A stretch of DNA of 52,895 bases from an uncultured Thermoplasmata archaeon (GCA_963768855.1 CAVYJM010000009.1:1-52895), one strand, 5' to 3'. Shown: positions 17,975 through 27,749, counted from the first letter of the stretch. The notes: generated by a model from the letters alone, not told the origin. Numbers and translations are program-made.

Positions 17975-18550
17975 ATGGACCCGGCCAGTTCACCGTCCGA
18001 GGACGTCCATCGGCGTCGCCTCCGGACGGACCTTGCTGCGATGTTCAGCGGCGCGCATCCGTTCCGCCGCGTCGTCGAGCACGTCTACCTGACGTACGAT
18101 GGAGGCACGCCGCTCGTCCACCTCTCCCGCAACTTCGTCCCAGGCCGGGACCCGGACCTGATTGCGTCCATGTTCACCGCGATCCAGAACTTCATGGACG
18201 ACTCGTTCCACGAGATGGGCGTCGGGAACGTCCGAAGCATCGAACTCGGGGACCAGCACCAGGTGGCATTCGGCCGGGGGAGATGGGTCCTGCTCTACGT
18301 GATCTACCGCGGTCGCGAGTCGAACCAGCTGGAGAGGCACGTGATCCACCAGGTTCACACGCTCGAGGAACGCTTCGCCGACTTGCTGAAGGACTGGAGC
18401 GGCGACATGGCCGTTGCGGACGTTGTGCGGGAGTATCTCGCGGAAGCCTGGTTCTTCGACCGGGACGTCTCGTCCCAGGCAGTCGTCCCGTCGCCGACGA
18501 TTCCTCCCCCCGAGGACGAGACCGCCTCCGCCCCTCCCCCCAACCTGTGA
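17975..18550 (+). CDS. Stand-alone longin/roadblock-like domain protein
   Basis: EHVYLTYDGGTPLVH...DPDLIASMFTAIQNFMDDSF...SIELG...GRG...LEERFADLLKDWSGD. Matches my recollection of the longin-like domain pattern of Thermoplasmata and Asgard proteins; not confirmed by a search. Confidence 0.62.
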   Translation: MDPASSPSEDVHRRRLRTDLAAMFSGAHPFRRVVEHVYLTYDGGTPLVHLSRNFVPGRDPDLIASMFTAIQNFMDDSFHEMGVGNVRSIELGDQHQVAFGRGRWVLLYVIYRGRESNQLERHVIHQVHTLEERFADLLKDWSGDMAVADVVREYLAEAWFFDRDVSSQAVVPSPTIPPPEDETASAPPPNL

Positions 18551-18584
18551 GCCCGTATCGGATCGGTTCTTGACCGCGGAACTC

Positions 18585-18635
18585 ATATCCATGTATTAGG
18601 TATAATAATAATCAACAATGTATTAATATAGTACA
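18585..18635. promoter_or_regulatory. AT-rich island with direct repeat ATGTATTA and TATA-like elements
   Basis: ATGTATTA at 18591 and 18618; TATAATAATAAT and TTAATATA in an otherwise about 68% GC background. Confidence 0.5.
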
Positions 18636-18667
18636 CAGCATCCGTAAAAGAACACGCGAGGAAGGCC

Positions 18668-18880
18668 ATGCCGTCCCAGGGTATCTGCCGCCGACTCCGG
18701 AGGCTCCCCGGCCCGGACGACCGCTTCCTGCTCCTCGCCGCGGACCACGTCCGGGCCCTCGCCTCGCTGGGCACTGACGGCGTCGTCTGGAGCACGGTTG
18801 TGAGTCGCGTAGCGGAGTCCCCGGACGCCGCAGCGATTGAGAGCTTCGTCGGCGGACTCGCCGCGAGAGTGCGGCGCTGA
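18668..18880 (+). CDS. Small hypothetical protein (70 aa)
   Basis: ATG just downstream of the AT-rich element, host-like GC3, fills an intergenic gap. No family recognised. Confidence 0.35.
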   Translation: MPSQGICRRLRRLPGPDDRFLLLAADHVRALASLGTDGVVWSTVVSRVAESPDAAAIESFVGGLAARVRR

Positions 18881-18933
18881 CCGTCCTCCGGCTCGCTCGC
18901 CTCGGGCTCGACGGACTCGCGCGTGGAAGTCGC

Positions 18934-21075
18934 TCAGCTCAGGATGCCTGTCGCTTGGACCCACGCTCCCTGCATGACGGCTAAGTCCCCCGAGAGCCAA
19001 GGCGTCAGCTGGTCGGCCGCGATCGCGCGGAGGGAGGCTAGGGCGTCGGCCCGCGTGACGCTCCCGTCCTTGAGCCCGAGATAGATCCCCTGGACGTCCA
19101 CGTAGGATTGCTGCTGCTGGAAGTCGCCGCCCCAGTAGAGGTAGACGTCCATCATCTCCCGCAGGAGCTCCGTGTATGTCGCCCGGCTGTAGTAGCGACC
19201 CCACTCCATCGTGTACACGCCCTCGAGGGCCGCCAGCGCGTTGCCCGTCTGTCCCTTCGACAGCGCCGCGATCGCTTTGTTCACGTACCCGAGGTCATGC
19301 GCGTACTGCGCGGACCGCAGGAACACGTCCCACGATCCCATGAGCCCGCCTTCCCCGAGGGTCCAAGTGGTCACGACCCGTCGCGCGTCGACCAAGACGC
19401 GGTTGAGTGCGTCCGCCTGCGCCTGGATCGCAGCCTTTTCGGCCGGCGTGCTCGCGGTCGCGAACGCGGTCCGGAGCTGGTTCGCATAGGCGTTCGCCGC
19501 CACGGCCTTCTCCCGGAGGGCACGGGCCGCGGCGATTGCCGCATCGAACTCGGCGGCCTGCGCGGGGACCGTCGCCTTCTCGCTCTTCAGGTTCGCCACG
19601 GCCCAGTCCATCGTGTACTGGAGCTCAATCGGCAGGACGAGGGCATGCGTCGCGCGGATCGCCCACAGCCCATGCAGCTTCAGCGTGGTGTCGATCGTCT
19701 CGTGGCTCTGCATCGCCATGTCGTCGAGCTGGGTGTGGTAGTATGCGTCGAACCCGGCCATCCACATGAGTTGGATTGCGGACCCGCCGCCCTTCGCGGC
19801 GTACGACCATGCGTCCGTCCATGACCACACCGGGTTGTAGTAGCCGACCGCGCCTCCGAGGCCCAGGTCGCTGATCCCCTTCGCGACGAGCCCGTTGACC
19901 TCCCACGTGTTCTCGACCCAGTACCGGCCCGAGGTCCGCACGAAGCTCACGCCGTCCATGTTCAGCTCCACGGCGAGGCCAGCGAGGATTTCTGGATGGG
20001 CCTTCACGAACTCGTAGGACCCGACGAGCCAGTTGTACCAGGTGTTGGCGGGTCCGCCCGTCTCCTCCGCCCCGACCGAGGCGAAGACCAGGGTGCGTTC
20101 GTTCGTGAACGTGCCGGCCGCCCGAGCGGTGGAGAACAGCCGGGCTAGCTCGAGCACCGCAGCGATCGACGAGGTGTCGTCATCGGCCCCGGACCACCAG
20201 GTGTCGATGTGCCCGGAGATCACGACGTACTCATCCGGGTGCGTGGTGCCGTACAGGTAGGCCGCGACGTTCACGGACCGGGCGATCTGCTCCGGGACCA
20301 TGTCGGCCCGGCCGGTGATTCGCATCGTGACCGGTCCCTCCGCAAGGAGGTCCTGGAGGTGCCAGGCGGTCCGAGGTGAGATCGAGAACGCAGGGAGCGG
20401 CCCCTTCACGGAATCCTGCTTGATCCCGTCCGCCACCGGATAGCTGCCGTAGTACCCGTAGAAGACGACCGCCGCGGCGTGGTGCAGGGACGCCTCGATC
20501 ACGGGGACGTTCGGCCAGCCTTGCAGGTCGTCGTCCCGGTGAACGAGTGTGATGATCCCCGTCAGGTCGCCGGCCGCGTTGAAGTCCGCGGCGGTCCCGA
20601 AGCCCAGGTCCCTGAGCGGAGCGACGAGCATCTTACCGTGGTCCTCGTTCCCAAAAGAGTACGGCACTCCCGCGTCCTTGCCCCAGATGGAGAAGCAGTC
20701 GCCATAAGTGGTGCCCTCGATGGGCTCGAGGGTCGGCGAGACGATTTGGATTGTTGTCCCGTAGTGGACCCAGCTGGCCACGGGGAAGTTCTCCATGACC
20801 ACCTTGTCCATCGGGAGGTTGCTCAGCTGGTCGTACACGTACTGCTGGGCCGCCCTCTCCTGGTCCGTCCCGGCCACCCGCTCCCCGAACGCGGTGATCG
20901 TCTCCAGCTGGCTCCACGCGTTCGCGTAGTCCAGATGGCCGAGGAGAGTCGTCTCCTCGGCTGTCAGGCCCGAGGAGCTCCCCGATCCAAGCGCCGGCGC
21001 CGCTCGCGTTTGCGGCGCGATTGCCACCAACAAAAACACGATGCCCAGAGTCACGACCACGGTTCGCCAATTCAT
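18934..21075 (-). CDS. Secreted M28 family metallopeptidase with PA domain and helical C-terminal domain
   Basis: Signal peptide MNWRTVVVTLGIVFLLVAIA; FGERVAGT; SGHID, GADDDTSS, AEETG, NMDG, YHTQLD. Alternative start 21096. Confidence 0.88.
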   Translation of the reverse strand: MNWRTVVVTLGIVFLLVAIAPQTRAAPALGSGSSSGLTAEETTLLGHLDYANAWSQLETITAFGERVAGTDQERAAQQYVYDQLSNLPMDKVVMENFPVASWVHYGTTIQIVSPTLEPIEGTTYGDCFSIWGKDAGVPYSFGNEDHGKMLVAPLRDLGFGTAADFNAAGDLTGIITLVHRDDDLQGWPNVPVIEASLHHAAAVVFYGYYGSYPVADGIKQDSVKGPLPAFSISPRTAWHLQDLLAEGPVTMRITGRADMVPEQIARSVNVAAYLYGTTHPDEYVVISGHIDTWWSGADDDTSSIAAVLELARLFSTARAAGTFTNERTLVFASVGAEETGGPANTWYNWLVGSYEFVKAHPEILAGLAVELNMDGVSFVRTSGRYWVENTWEVNGLVAKGISDLGLGGAVGYYNPVWSWTDAWSYAAKGGGSAIQLMWMAGFDAYYHTQLDDMAMQSHETIDTTLKLHGLWAIRATHALVLPIELQYTMDWAVANLKSEKATVPAQAAEFDAAIAAARALREKAVAANAYANQLRTAFATASTPAEKAAIQAQADALNRVLVDARRVVTTWTLGEGGLMGSWDVFLRSAQYAHDLGYVNKAIAALSKGQTGNALAALEGVYTMEWGRYYSRATYTELLREMMDVYLYWGGDFQQQQSYVDVQGIYLGLKDGSVTRADALASLRAIAADQLTPWLSGDLAVMQGAWVQATGILS

Positions 21076-21179
21076 CCCGTCTGCCCCCAACCCCATCCTT
21101 CGATGCGGAGGACCGCCTGCGCGGTCCGGTGGGGCCGCGGAGGCGCCACGAGTCGCCCGGAGGATGGTCGCTGAACGGG

Positions 21180-21202
21180 ACCGAGTTACTTTTAGACTCG
21201 GT
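21180..21202. promoter_or_regulatory. Inverted repeat overlapping the AT-rich promoter of the M28 gene (candidate operator)
   Basis: ACCGAGT-n9-ACTCGGT enclosing TACTTTTAG. Confidence 0.45.
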
Positions 21203-21507
21203 AAGTATTCACATGGGTCCGCTGTCGCCGCGCGGGACGCCGAGGTCGACCCGGTCCGCTCCCGCCACGGATCTCAGCGGACGTTCGCAGTGACGGCTCT
21301 CGCGTCAAGAAACCGAGCGAGATGGGCGTGCTCCCGTCGCCAGAGTCAATCTTTCCGGCTTCCGGGAGCCTGCTCCCACCCTAGCAAGGCGATCCCTGCT
21401 ACTAGAAGCTCGACCTGCTATTCTATGGAGGAACCGGTGGGGACCGTAGGTGACCCCAATCTCAGGTCGGGGTGACGGCGGGGCGGTCCCGACGACGCCG
21501 GGCCCAC

Positions 21508-21912
21508 TCACGCGGAGGTGACAAGACGGATCCTTCGAGTCCGCGCAGCAGTCACGGGCTCAATGACGAGGGAGTGAATCCGCTCGCGGTTGACCTGGAA
21601 CACGCTCCGGTAGACCTTCGGCACGCGGCTCGCCGACGAACTCATGCGCACTCGCACGGTCACCGCGTCCCCCTCATGTTGCAGCTCTTCGATCTCCACC
21701 TTCATGGGCTCTTCGCGACGAGCGAAGGAAGCGGCAATCTCGCGGATTCCGTGCCGCTCACGGCCCAACTCGTCGCGCAAGCGCGCGTCCATGCTGAATG
21801 CATTGAGCGCTTCGAGGAGCTGGCCGTTGTTCAGCGCCATGAGGTAGTGCCTCACGAGTGCCTCGTCAGGCTCTCCACTGCCCGTTGTCTTGGTTTTCAT
21901 CATCCATCCCAT
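21508..21912 (-). CDS. NTF2/SnoaL-like fold protein
   Basis: LVRHYLMALNNGQLLEALNAFSMDARL...G..EI...VEIEEL..EGDAVTVR...F.V...RI. Start may be 21900 or 21903. Confidence 0.75.
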   Translation of the reverse strand: MGWMMKTKTTGSGEPDEALVRHYLMALNNGQLLEALNAFSMDARLRDELGRERHGIREIAASFARREEPMKVEIEELQHEGDAVTVRVRMSSSASRVPKVYRSVFQVNRERIHSLVIEPVTAARTRRIRLVTSA

Positions 21913-21960
21913 CCATCAAGGGCCTCGGGGATACGCATTGTCCCCATAGACTACGGAGGC

Positions 21961-22979
21961 CTACGAGGATTCCGGGTCCTCGAGCACGGCGAGGTTGATC
22001 GCCTGCTCCGCGATGTCTGTGGCGTAGCTGGCCGTGCGGCTGAGGCTATCCACGATCGCCCCGAGGGCGAGGAGCTCCTCGCCCTTCTTCGCGGACACGT
22101 GGTGGGACAGGGCATCGACGAGTTTCTGGTGCTGCGTCCGGGCGTCGATCGCCTCGTTCGCGGTGTCGATGTCGCCCGACATGAGGGCGCTGAATGCTTT
22201 GTCGAGGATGGCCGTCGCGGACGCGTTGGCGGCCTCGAACTCCTTTACGAGCTTCGGGTCCAGGTCCTTCTCCCCAACGAGGACGTCGTACGTGCTCGCG
22301 ATACGCTCCGCATGGTCTCCCACACGTTCGAGGAGCTTCGCCACGAGCCGGTGCGTATGGATCCCAGTTTCCGAAGGACGCTCGGCGGTGCCCGGAGGCG
22401 CCGTGTGGGCGAGGTGGTACTGCTTGGCGACCATCCAGTACAACCGGTCCACATCCTGATCTCGCTGGGCGACGTCGCGTGCGAGGGCCTCGTCTCGGTT
22501 CTTCAGGGCCTGGATTGCGTCCTCCAGCATCGCGCGCACGCTGAGATGCATTCGACGGAGGCACTTCTCCGAGCTGAGCTCCGAGGGGTCCGACAAGTCC
22601 TGGATGCCGATCGTCGTGCGGGTTTCCTCGATGATCTCCGGTCCGATGACGAGGCGGCAAAAGTCGCGGGCCACGCGACGCACGAACGGGCCGTTCTCGG
22701 GTCGGAACCGGATTTCGATGAGCCCGAACCCCGAGATGTAGGCTCCGATGAGCTTGCGGAGCAGGTGCTCACGAACCTCTCCGTCCTTTTCGTCGAAGAT
22801 CTTCGCGGCGGGCGGCGGCCTTCTCCGCTGGATGAGGCCTCACGTTCACGGATCCATCCGCGGCGATTTCCAGGAACACGGTGTCGCCTGCCTTGAGGCC
22901 TGCATCGACTACCCACCGTTTCGGCAGGGACACGACGTAGGTCGAACCTCCTGTGAGTTGCAGCTTCCTGCCCTTCCAT
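21961..22979 (-). pseudogene. AbrB/MazE-PhoU phosphate uptake regulator, split by two +1 frameshifts (possibly sequencing errors)
   Basis: ATG GAA GG(G)C AGG AAG gives ME/GRKLQLTGGSTYVVSLPKRW (AbrB domain, frame of ORF 22769-23005). A second shift near 22802-22825 leads to AKIFDEKD..LLRKLIGAYISG and the PhoU repeats of ORF 21961-22683. Confidence 0.82.
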
Positions 22980-23004
22980 GTACGGTCTCCCTCGGGGTGT
23001 CTCA

Positions 23005-23075
23005 TCGACTATAGAGACTTAAAGACTTGGCACCATAGTCTATATAGGCCTCCGTCCGACACTTGTTGACACCCG
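23005..23075. promoter_or_regulatory. Divergent regulator/pstS promoter region with CTATAG and CTATATAG palindromes and a GACAC direct repeat
   Basis: CTATAG 23009, TTTAAG on the minus strand 23018-23023, CTATATAG 23040, GACAC at 23058 and 23068. Confidence 0.5.
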
Positions 23076-23237
23076 AGATTCCATCGATAACGGGGATAGA
23101 TGACAGGTGTCTCCGTGGAATCGGGAAGTCCATGGGAACATCGGGCATGTGGCCGGCGACGCCTGGGGAAACCGGGGGAGTCCGAGGCCGCCTTCGTTCT
23201 CACGGATGTGAACCCAAGGTGAAGGAGTGAATCGAGC

Positions 23238-24401
23238 ATGGCAAATGCGAAGGAGAATGAAACAACGATCCAGCCGTCCAAGAGCCGACGCGGACTCTGG
23301 GCCGCCATCGCCGTCATCGCGGTCGTGGTCGTGATCGTGGCCGCGGGATTGATGACGAACTGGTTCGGCCTGAGTGGATCGTCGACGGCACCGACGATTA
23401 CCCTGAACGGTGGCGGATCGACGTTCGCGCTCCCGATCATCAGCGCGTGGTCGACCCAGTACAAGACCCTCACGGGCGTCCAGATCAACTACCAAGGAAC
23501 GGGAAGCGGCGCAGGCATCAACGCGATCATCGCGAAGAGCCTGGACTTCGGCGCGACGGACGCGCCCCTGAACGCGACCCAGCACTCGCAGAACCCGAGT
23601 CTCCTGACGATTCCTGAGAGCCTCGGTGCTGTGACGATGGCGTACAACGTTCCCGGCGTCCCGACCCACATCAACATCACCGGGGCGATCATCGCGAACA
23701 TCTACCTCCGAGTGATTACGAACTGGAACGACGCAAACATCAGCGCCATCAACCCCGGCGTCACGTTCCCGAACCTAGCGATTATCCCGGCGCACCGCTC
23801 GGACGGGAGTGGCACGACCTACTGCTTCACGGACTACCTGAGCAAAGTCAGCTCGCAGTGGGCTTCCCAGATTGGGACGGCAAAGTCGGTCTCCTGGCCG
23901 TCCGGAGAGATCGGCGCCCAGGGGAACCCGGGCGTCGCTGCGGTGGTTCAAGGCCAGAGCGGCGCGATCGGATACGTCGAGCTTGCCTACTCGTTGTCGA
24001 ACAATCTGGCCTACGCGAAGGTCAAGAACGCCGCAGGGAGCTACATCCTGCCCACGCTGAACTCGACGTCTGCAGCCGCTGCGAACACAGCGGGGGCCTT
24101 GCCCGCGGGCGACGCAGACTGGTCCCACGTGTCTATCGTGAACGCGACCGGGGCGGACAGCTACCCCATCTCCACGTTCACGTACCTCCTGGTCTACAAG
24201 GAGCTCAACGTCTATGCGAGCGGCGTGATGACCCAGGCGAGGGCCCAGGCCCTGGTCTCGTTCCTGTGGTGGGCGGTCCACGACGGGCAGAACACGTCGG
24301 GCACCCTTTCCTACGTCCCGCTGCCGTCGACCGTCGTGAGCGGCGACGCGACCACCATCCAGTCCATCACCTTTGACGGGCAGGCCCTGTCTACCCCGTG
24401 A
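23238..24401 (+). CDS. pstS: Phosphate ABC transporter substrate-binding protein, N-terminally membrane anchored
   Basis: LNGGGSTFALP, YQGTGSGAG, DFGATD, HRSDGSGTT, AIGYVELAY, YPISTFTY. SD GGAGTGA. Confidence 0.95.
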   Translation: MANAKENETTIQPSKSRRGLWAAIAVIAVVVVIVAAGLMTNWFGLSGSSTAPTITLNGGGSTFALPIISAWSTQYKTLTGVQINYQGTGSGAGINAIIAKSLDFGATDAPLNATQHSQNPSLLTIPESLGAVTMAYNVPGVPTHINITGAIIANIYLRVITNWNDANISAINPGVTFPNLAIIPAHRSDGSGTTYCFTDYLSKVSSQWASQIGTAKSVSWPSGEIGAQGNPGVAAVVQGQSGAIGYVELAYSLSNNLAYAKVKNAAGSYILPTLNSTSAAAANTAGALPAGDADWSHVSIVNATGADSYPISTFTYLLVYKELNVYASGVMTQARAQALVSFLWWAVHDGQNTSGTLSYVPLPSTVVSGDATTIQSITFDGQALSTP

Positions 24402-24420
24402 ACTCGGGACTGGATCGTTC

Positions 24421-25389
24421 ATGGCGTTCCCCTCTCGGCGCGGTACCCGCAGGGTTCGCACGAACCCGACCGCGTCGTCCCTGGGGGACGCCCTTTTCCG
24501 CCTTGGCTCCGGAGCCGCTGGCGTCGCACTGCTCGTGATTCTGGGGCTCATCGTCCTCGTCCTGACGTGGAACGCCGCGTCGTCCATGCAGACGTCCGGC
24601 CTTGGATTCCTCGGTAGCACCATCTGGGACCCGAACACGAACCAGTACGGGGCCCTGCCGTTCATCTACGGAACCCTCGTGTCCTCCGCAATTGCGCTCA
24701 TCCTCGGCGTCCCGGTCAGCCTTGGAATCGCGATCTTCCTCGTGGAGCTCGCGCCGGCCTCCGTCCGCACGCCCCTGACGTACGTCGTCGAGTTGCTCGC
24801 CGCAATTCCCTCGGTGATCTATGGGCTCTGGGGGATCTTCGTCCTGCGGCCCGTGATGACGAGCTACGTGGATCCCGCACTCCAGAGCACGCTCGGATTT
24901 CTCCCAATCTTCCAGGGGCCCATCTACGGCTATGGGCTCCTGACGGCGGGGGTGATCCTCGCCATCATGATCATCCCGACGGTCGCCGCCATCAGCCGCG
25001 ACGCGCTCCTTGCGGTCCCCCAGAGCCAGAGGGAGGCCGCCCTCAGCCTCGGGGCGACCCGCTGGGAGTCGACCCGCATGGCAAGCCTGACCTACGCCCG
25101 CTCGGGGATCTTCGGCGCGGTGATCCTGGGCCTCGGCCGCGCCTTCGGCGAGACGATTGCCGTGACCATGGTCATCGGGAACGCGAACGAAATCCCGCTG
25201 TCGTGGTTTGCGCCAGCTCAGACCCTCTCGAGCTTGATTGCGAGCAATGTCCGGGAGGCGTTCGGGCTCCAGGCGAGCGCCATCATCGAACTCGCCCTCG
25301 TCCTCCTGCTCGTGACCTTGCTCATCAACATCTTCGCGCGGATCATGGTCTGGCGCGTGTTCGGCGAGCGCGGGGAGGCGACCACCTGA
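24421..25389 (+). CDS. pstC: Phosphate ABC transporter permease
   Basis: YGALPFIYGTL, ELLAAIPSVIYGLWG, MIIPT, REAALSLGATRWE, GRAFGETIAV. Confidence 0.95.
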   Translation: MAFPSRRGTRRVRTNPTASSLGDALFRLGSGAAGVALLVILGLIVLVLTWNAASSMQTSGLGFLGSTIWDPNTNQYGALPFIYGTLVSSAIALILGVPVSLGIAIFLVELAPASVRTPLTYVVELLAAIPSVIYGLWGIFVLRPVMTSYVDPALQSTLGFLPIFQGPIYGYGLLTAGVILAIMIIPTVAAISRDALLAVPQSQREAALSLGATRWESTRMASLTYARSGIFGAVILGLGRAFGETIAVTMVIGNANEIPLSWFAPAQTLSSLIASNVREAFGLQASAIIELALVLLLVTLLINIFARIMVWRVFGERGEATT

Positions 25390-26276
25390 TGCGGTTCGGT
25401 CGGGACTCCCGGCGCCAGATCAAGAACGTGATCATGATGAGCCTCACGGTCGTCTGCATCGGCCTCGCGCTCATTCCGTTGGGGAGTATCCTGTATTCTG
25501 TCACGGTTCAGGGAGCGTCCGTCATCAACGGGGAGTTCTTTACGGCAGTCCAGCCCAGCCCCTGCACATCGGGCCCGAGCACGACATGTCCCCAGGGTGG
25601 TATCGCGCATGCCATCGTGGGCACTCTGCTGCTCCTTGCCCTCTCATGCCTCATCGCCATCCCTCTCGGGATTCTCACGGGCATCTACCTTGCGGAGTAC
25701 GGAAAGGGGCCCCTCGTTGTGGGGGTGCGTTTCTTCGCCGACGTCATGACGGGTTTTCCGTCCATCGTCATGGGGATGTTCATCTACGCTGGCTTCCAAC
25801 TAATCGCCCCGGGGATCGTGTTCAGCGCCCTCGCAGGGGCCCTGGCCCTTGCGGTCCTGGTGCTCCCCTTCGTGGCTCGGACCACGGAGGAAGCGCTCCG
25901 GCTGGTCCCCAACTCTCTGCGGGAGGCGGCTTTGGCCCTGGGCGTACCCAAGTACCGAGTGACGGGGCGCGTCGCCCTGAGCTCTGCGCGGGAGGGCGTC
26001 GTCACGGGCGCCATCTTGGCGATGGGCCGGGTCGGAGGGGAGACGGCGCCGTTGATCATGACGGCCTTCGGGAACACTTTCATGTCCACCCGCCTCGATC
26101 AGCCGATTGACGCGATGTCCCTGCTCATCTTCAATTTCGCCTCCTCGCCCTACTCGAACTGGAACGCTCTCGCGTGGGGCACCGCCCTGATTCTCGCGCT
26201 CATGATGCTCGGGCTCAGCATCGCAGTCCGAGTCTTGCTCCGGCGCCGGTTCCGGGAACGGAGGATCGGCGCATGA
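25389..26276 (+). CDS. pstA: Phosphate ABC transporter permease
   Basis: [43 protein letters not shown]. Confidence 0.95.
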   Translation: MRFGRDSRRQIKNVIMMSLTVVCIGLALIPLGSILYSVTVQGASVINGEFFTAVQPSPCTSGPSTTCPQGGIAHAIVGTLLLLALSCLIAIPLGILTGIYLAEYGKGPLVVGVRFFADVMTGFPSIVMGMFIYAGFQLIAPGIVFSALAGALALAVLVLPFVARTTEEALRLVPNSLREAALALGVPKYRVTGRVALSSAREGVVTGAILAMGRVGGETAPLIMTAFGNTFMSTRLDQPIDAMSLLIFNFASSPYSNWNALAWGTALILALMMLGLSIAVRVLLRRRFRERRIGA

Positions 26277-27025
26277 CGAGCAAGATGACGGTTGCGGGGC
26301 TCAGCGCATGGTACGGTCCCAAGAAAGCAATCGAAGACGTTTCCCTCGACTTCGAGGAGCACGCGACCACGGCCATCATCGGTCCTTCAGGTTGCGGCAA
26401 GTCGACCCTCATCCGTTGCCTGAACCGCATGCACGAGACGGTGCCGAAGGCCCGCGTGGAGGGCAAGGTGCTCCTGGACGGGAAGGACGTCTACGACCAA
26501 GACCCCGTGTCCGTCCGGCGCCGGGTCGGCATGGTGTTCCAGAAGGCGAACCCGTTCCCGACCATGTCCGTGTATGACAATGTCGCGGCGGGGCTGCGAC
26601 TCAACGGCACTCGGGACCGGAAGGTCCTCGACCACGCGGTGAAGGGAAGCCTCGAGAAGGCTGCACTCTGGGACGAGGTCAAGGACTCCTTGGGTAAGCC
26701 GGGGATCGGGCTCTCCGGCGGCCAGCAGCAGCGGCTGTGCATTGCGCGCGCCCTTACCGTGGAGCCGGAGGTCCTCCTGATGGACGAGCCCTGCTCCGCG
26801 CTCGATCCAATCGCAACCGCCAAGATCGAGGACCTCATCTTTGACCTCAAGAAGGAGTACACCGTGGTCATCGTCACGCACAACATGCAGCAGGCTGCGC
26901 GGGTCGCGGATTACACCGCCTTCATGTATCTGGGGAAGCTCATCGAGTTCAACCGCACCCGGGAACTCTTCGAGAAACCTCAAGAGGAACTCACCGAGAA
27001 ATACATCACTGGGAGGTTCGGCTGA
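26273..27025 (+). CDS. pstB: Phosphate ABC transporter ATPase
   Basis: [56 protein letters not shown]. Confidence 0.97.
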   Translation: MTSKMTVAGLSAWYGPKKAIEDVSLDFEEHATTAIIGPSGCGKSTLIRCLNRMHETVPKARVEGKVLLDGKDVYDQDPVSVRRRVGMVFQKANPFPTMSVYDNVAAGLRLNGTRDRKVLDHAVKGSLEKAALWDEVKDSLGKPGIGLSGGQQQRLCIARALTVEPEVLLMDEPCSALDPIATAKIEDLIFDLKKEYTVVIVTHNMQQAARVADYTAFMYLGKLIEFNRTRELFEKPQEELTEKYITGRFG

Positions 27026-27729
27026 TGCCAGAAAGGGCGGAGCGCAAGGCGTTCGAGAAGAGTCTCAACGAGCTGAATGAGAACATGGTCACCATGGCCG
27101 AGCTGAGCGAGCTCGCGATCCGGAAGGCGATCGATGGCCTCTCCCGCGGCGACCGATCGATCTCCGAGGAGGTCTTCACCCTGGACCAGGAGATCTACGG
27201 TCTCCAGGAGGCGATCGAAGGCACGTGCGTGGATCTGATTGCCCTGCACGCTCCCGTGGCCCGGGACCTCCGCACCGTCACAACGTCGCTCAAGATTACG
27301 ACAGACCTGGACCGGATTGGGCGCTACGCGAAGGACATCTCCGAAGTCGCCCTCCAGTTCGAAGGCGGCCCGCCGCCCGGGCTCGCGGACCTCGTGAAGA
27401 TCCCGCAGATGGCGGAGCACACAATCCGGATGGTTGACACCGCGATTGACGCGTTCGTGAAACGGAATGCGGATTCGGTTCGCAACATCATGCAAGTGGA
27501 TGACGAGGTCGATCGACTCCACGACGAAGTCTTCCGAGAGGTAGTGGCCCACATGGAAACGGGACGTCTCCCGATTGCGGCCGGGGCCCGCTACATCCTG
27601 GTGGCCCGCCACCTGGAACGCATCGCGGACCATGCGGTGAACATCGGCCTCCGCGTGGTCTACATGGTCACCGGCGAGACGATGCCGCGGATCCGCGCGG
27701 CCGATCGTAGCAAGCGGTCCCGCGGGTAG
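27025..27729 (+). CDS. phoU: Phosphate signalling protein PhoU
   Basis: Two PhoU repeats: PVARDLR...DLDRIGRYA and DDEVD...RHLERIADHAVNI. Confidence 0.95.
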   Translation: MPERAERKAFEKSLNELNENMVTMAELSELAIRKAIDGLSRGDRSISEEVFTLDQEIYGLQEAIEGTCVDLIALHAPVARDLRTVTTSLKITTDLDRIGRYAKDISEVALQFEGGPPPGLADLVKIPQMAEHTIRMVDTAIDAFVKRNADSVRNIMQVDDEVDRLHDEVFREVVAHMETGRLPIAAGARYILVARHLERIADHAVNIGLRVVYMVTGETMPRIRAADRSKRSRG

Positions 27730-27749
27730 GTCCTCAATAGTTATGGAGA

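Noticed and set aside
22769-22979. Programmed ribosomal frameshifting in the PhoU regulator, TPR gene or folP
   Set aside because: No slippery heptamer or downstream stimulator is evident, and two successive +1 events are implausible. Homopolymer error is simpler.
23090-23230. RNase P RNA or a known riboswitch (GGGAAGTCC, GGAGTGAATC resemblance)
   Set aside because: The remaining conserved elements are missing, and GGAGTGA is explained as the pstS SD.
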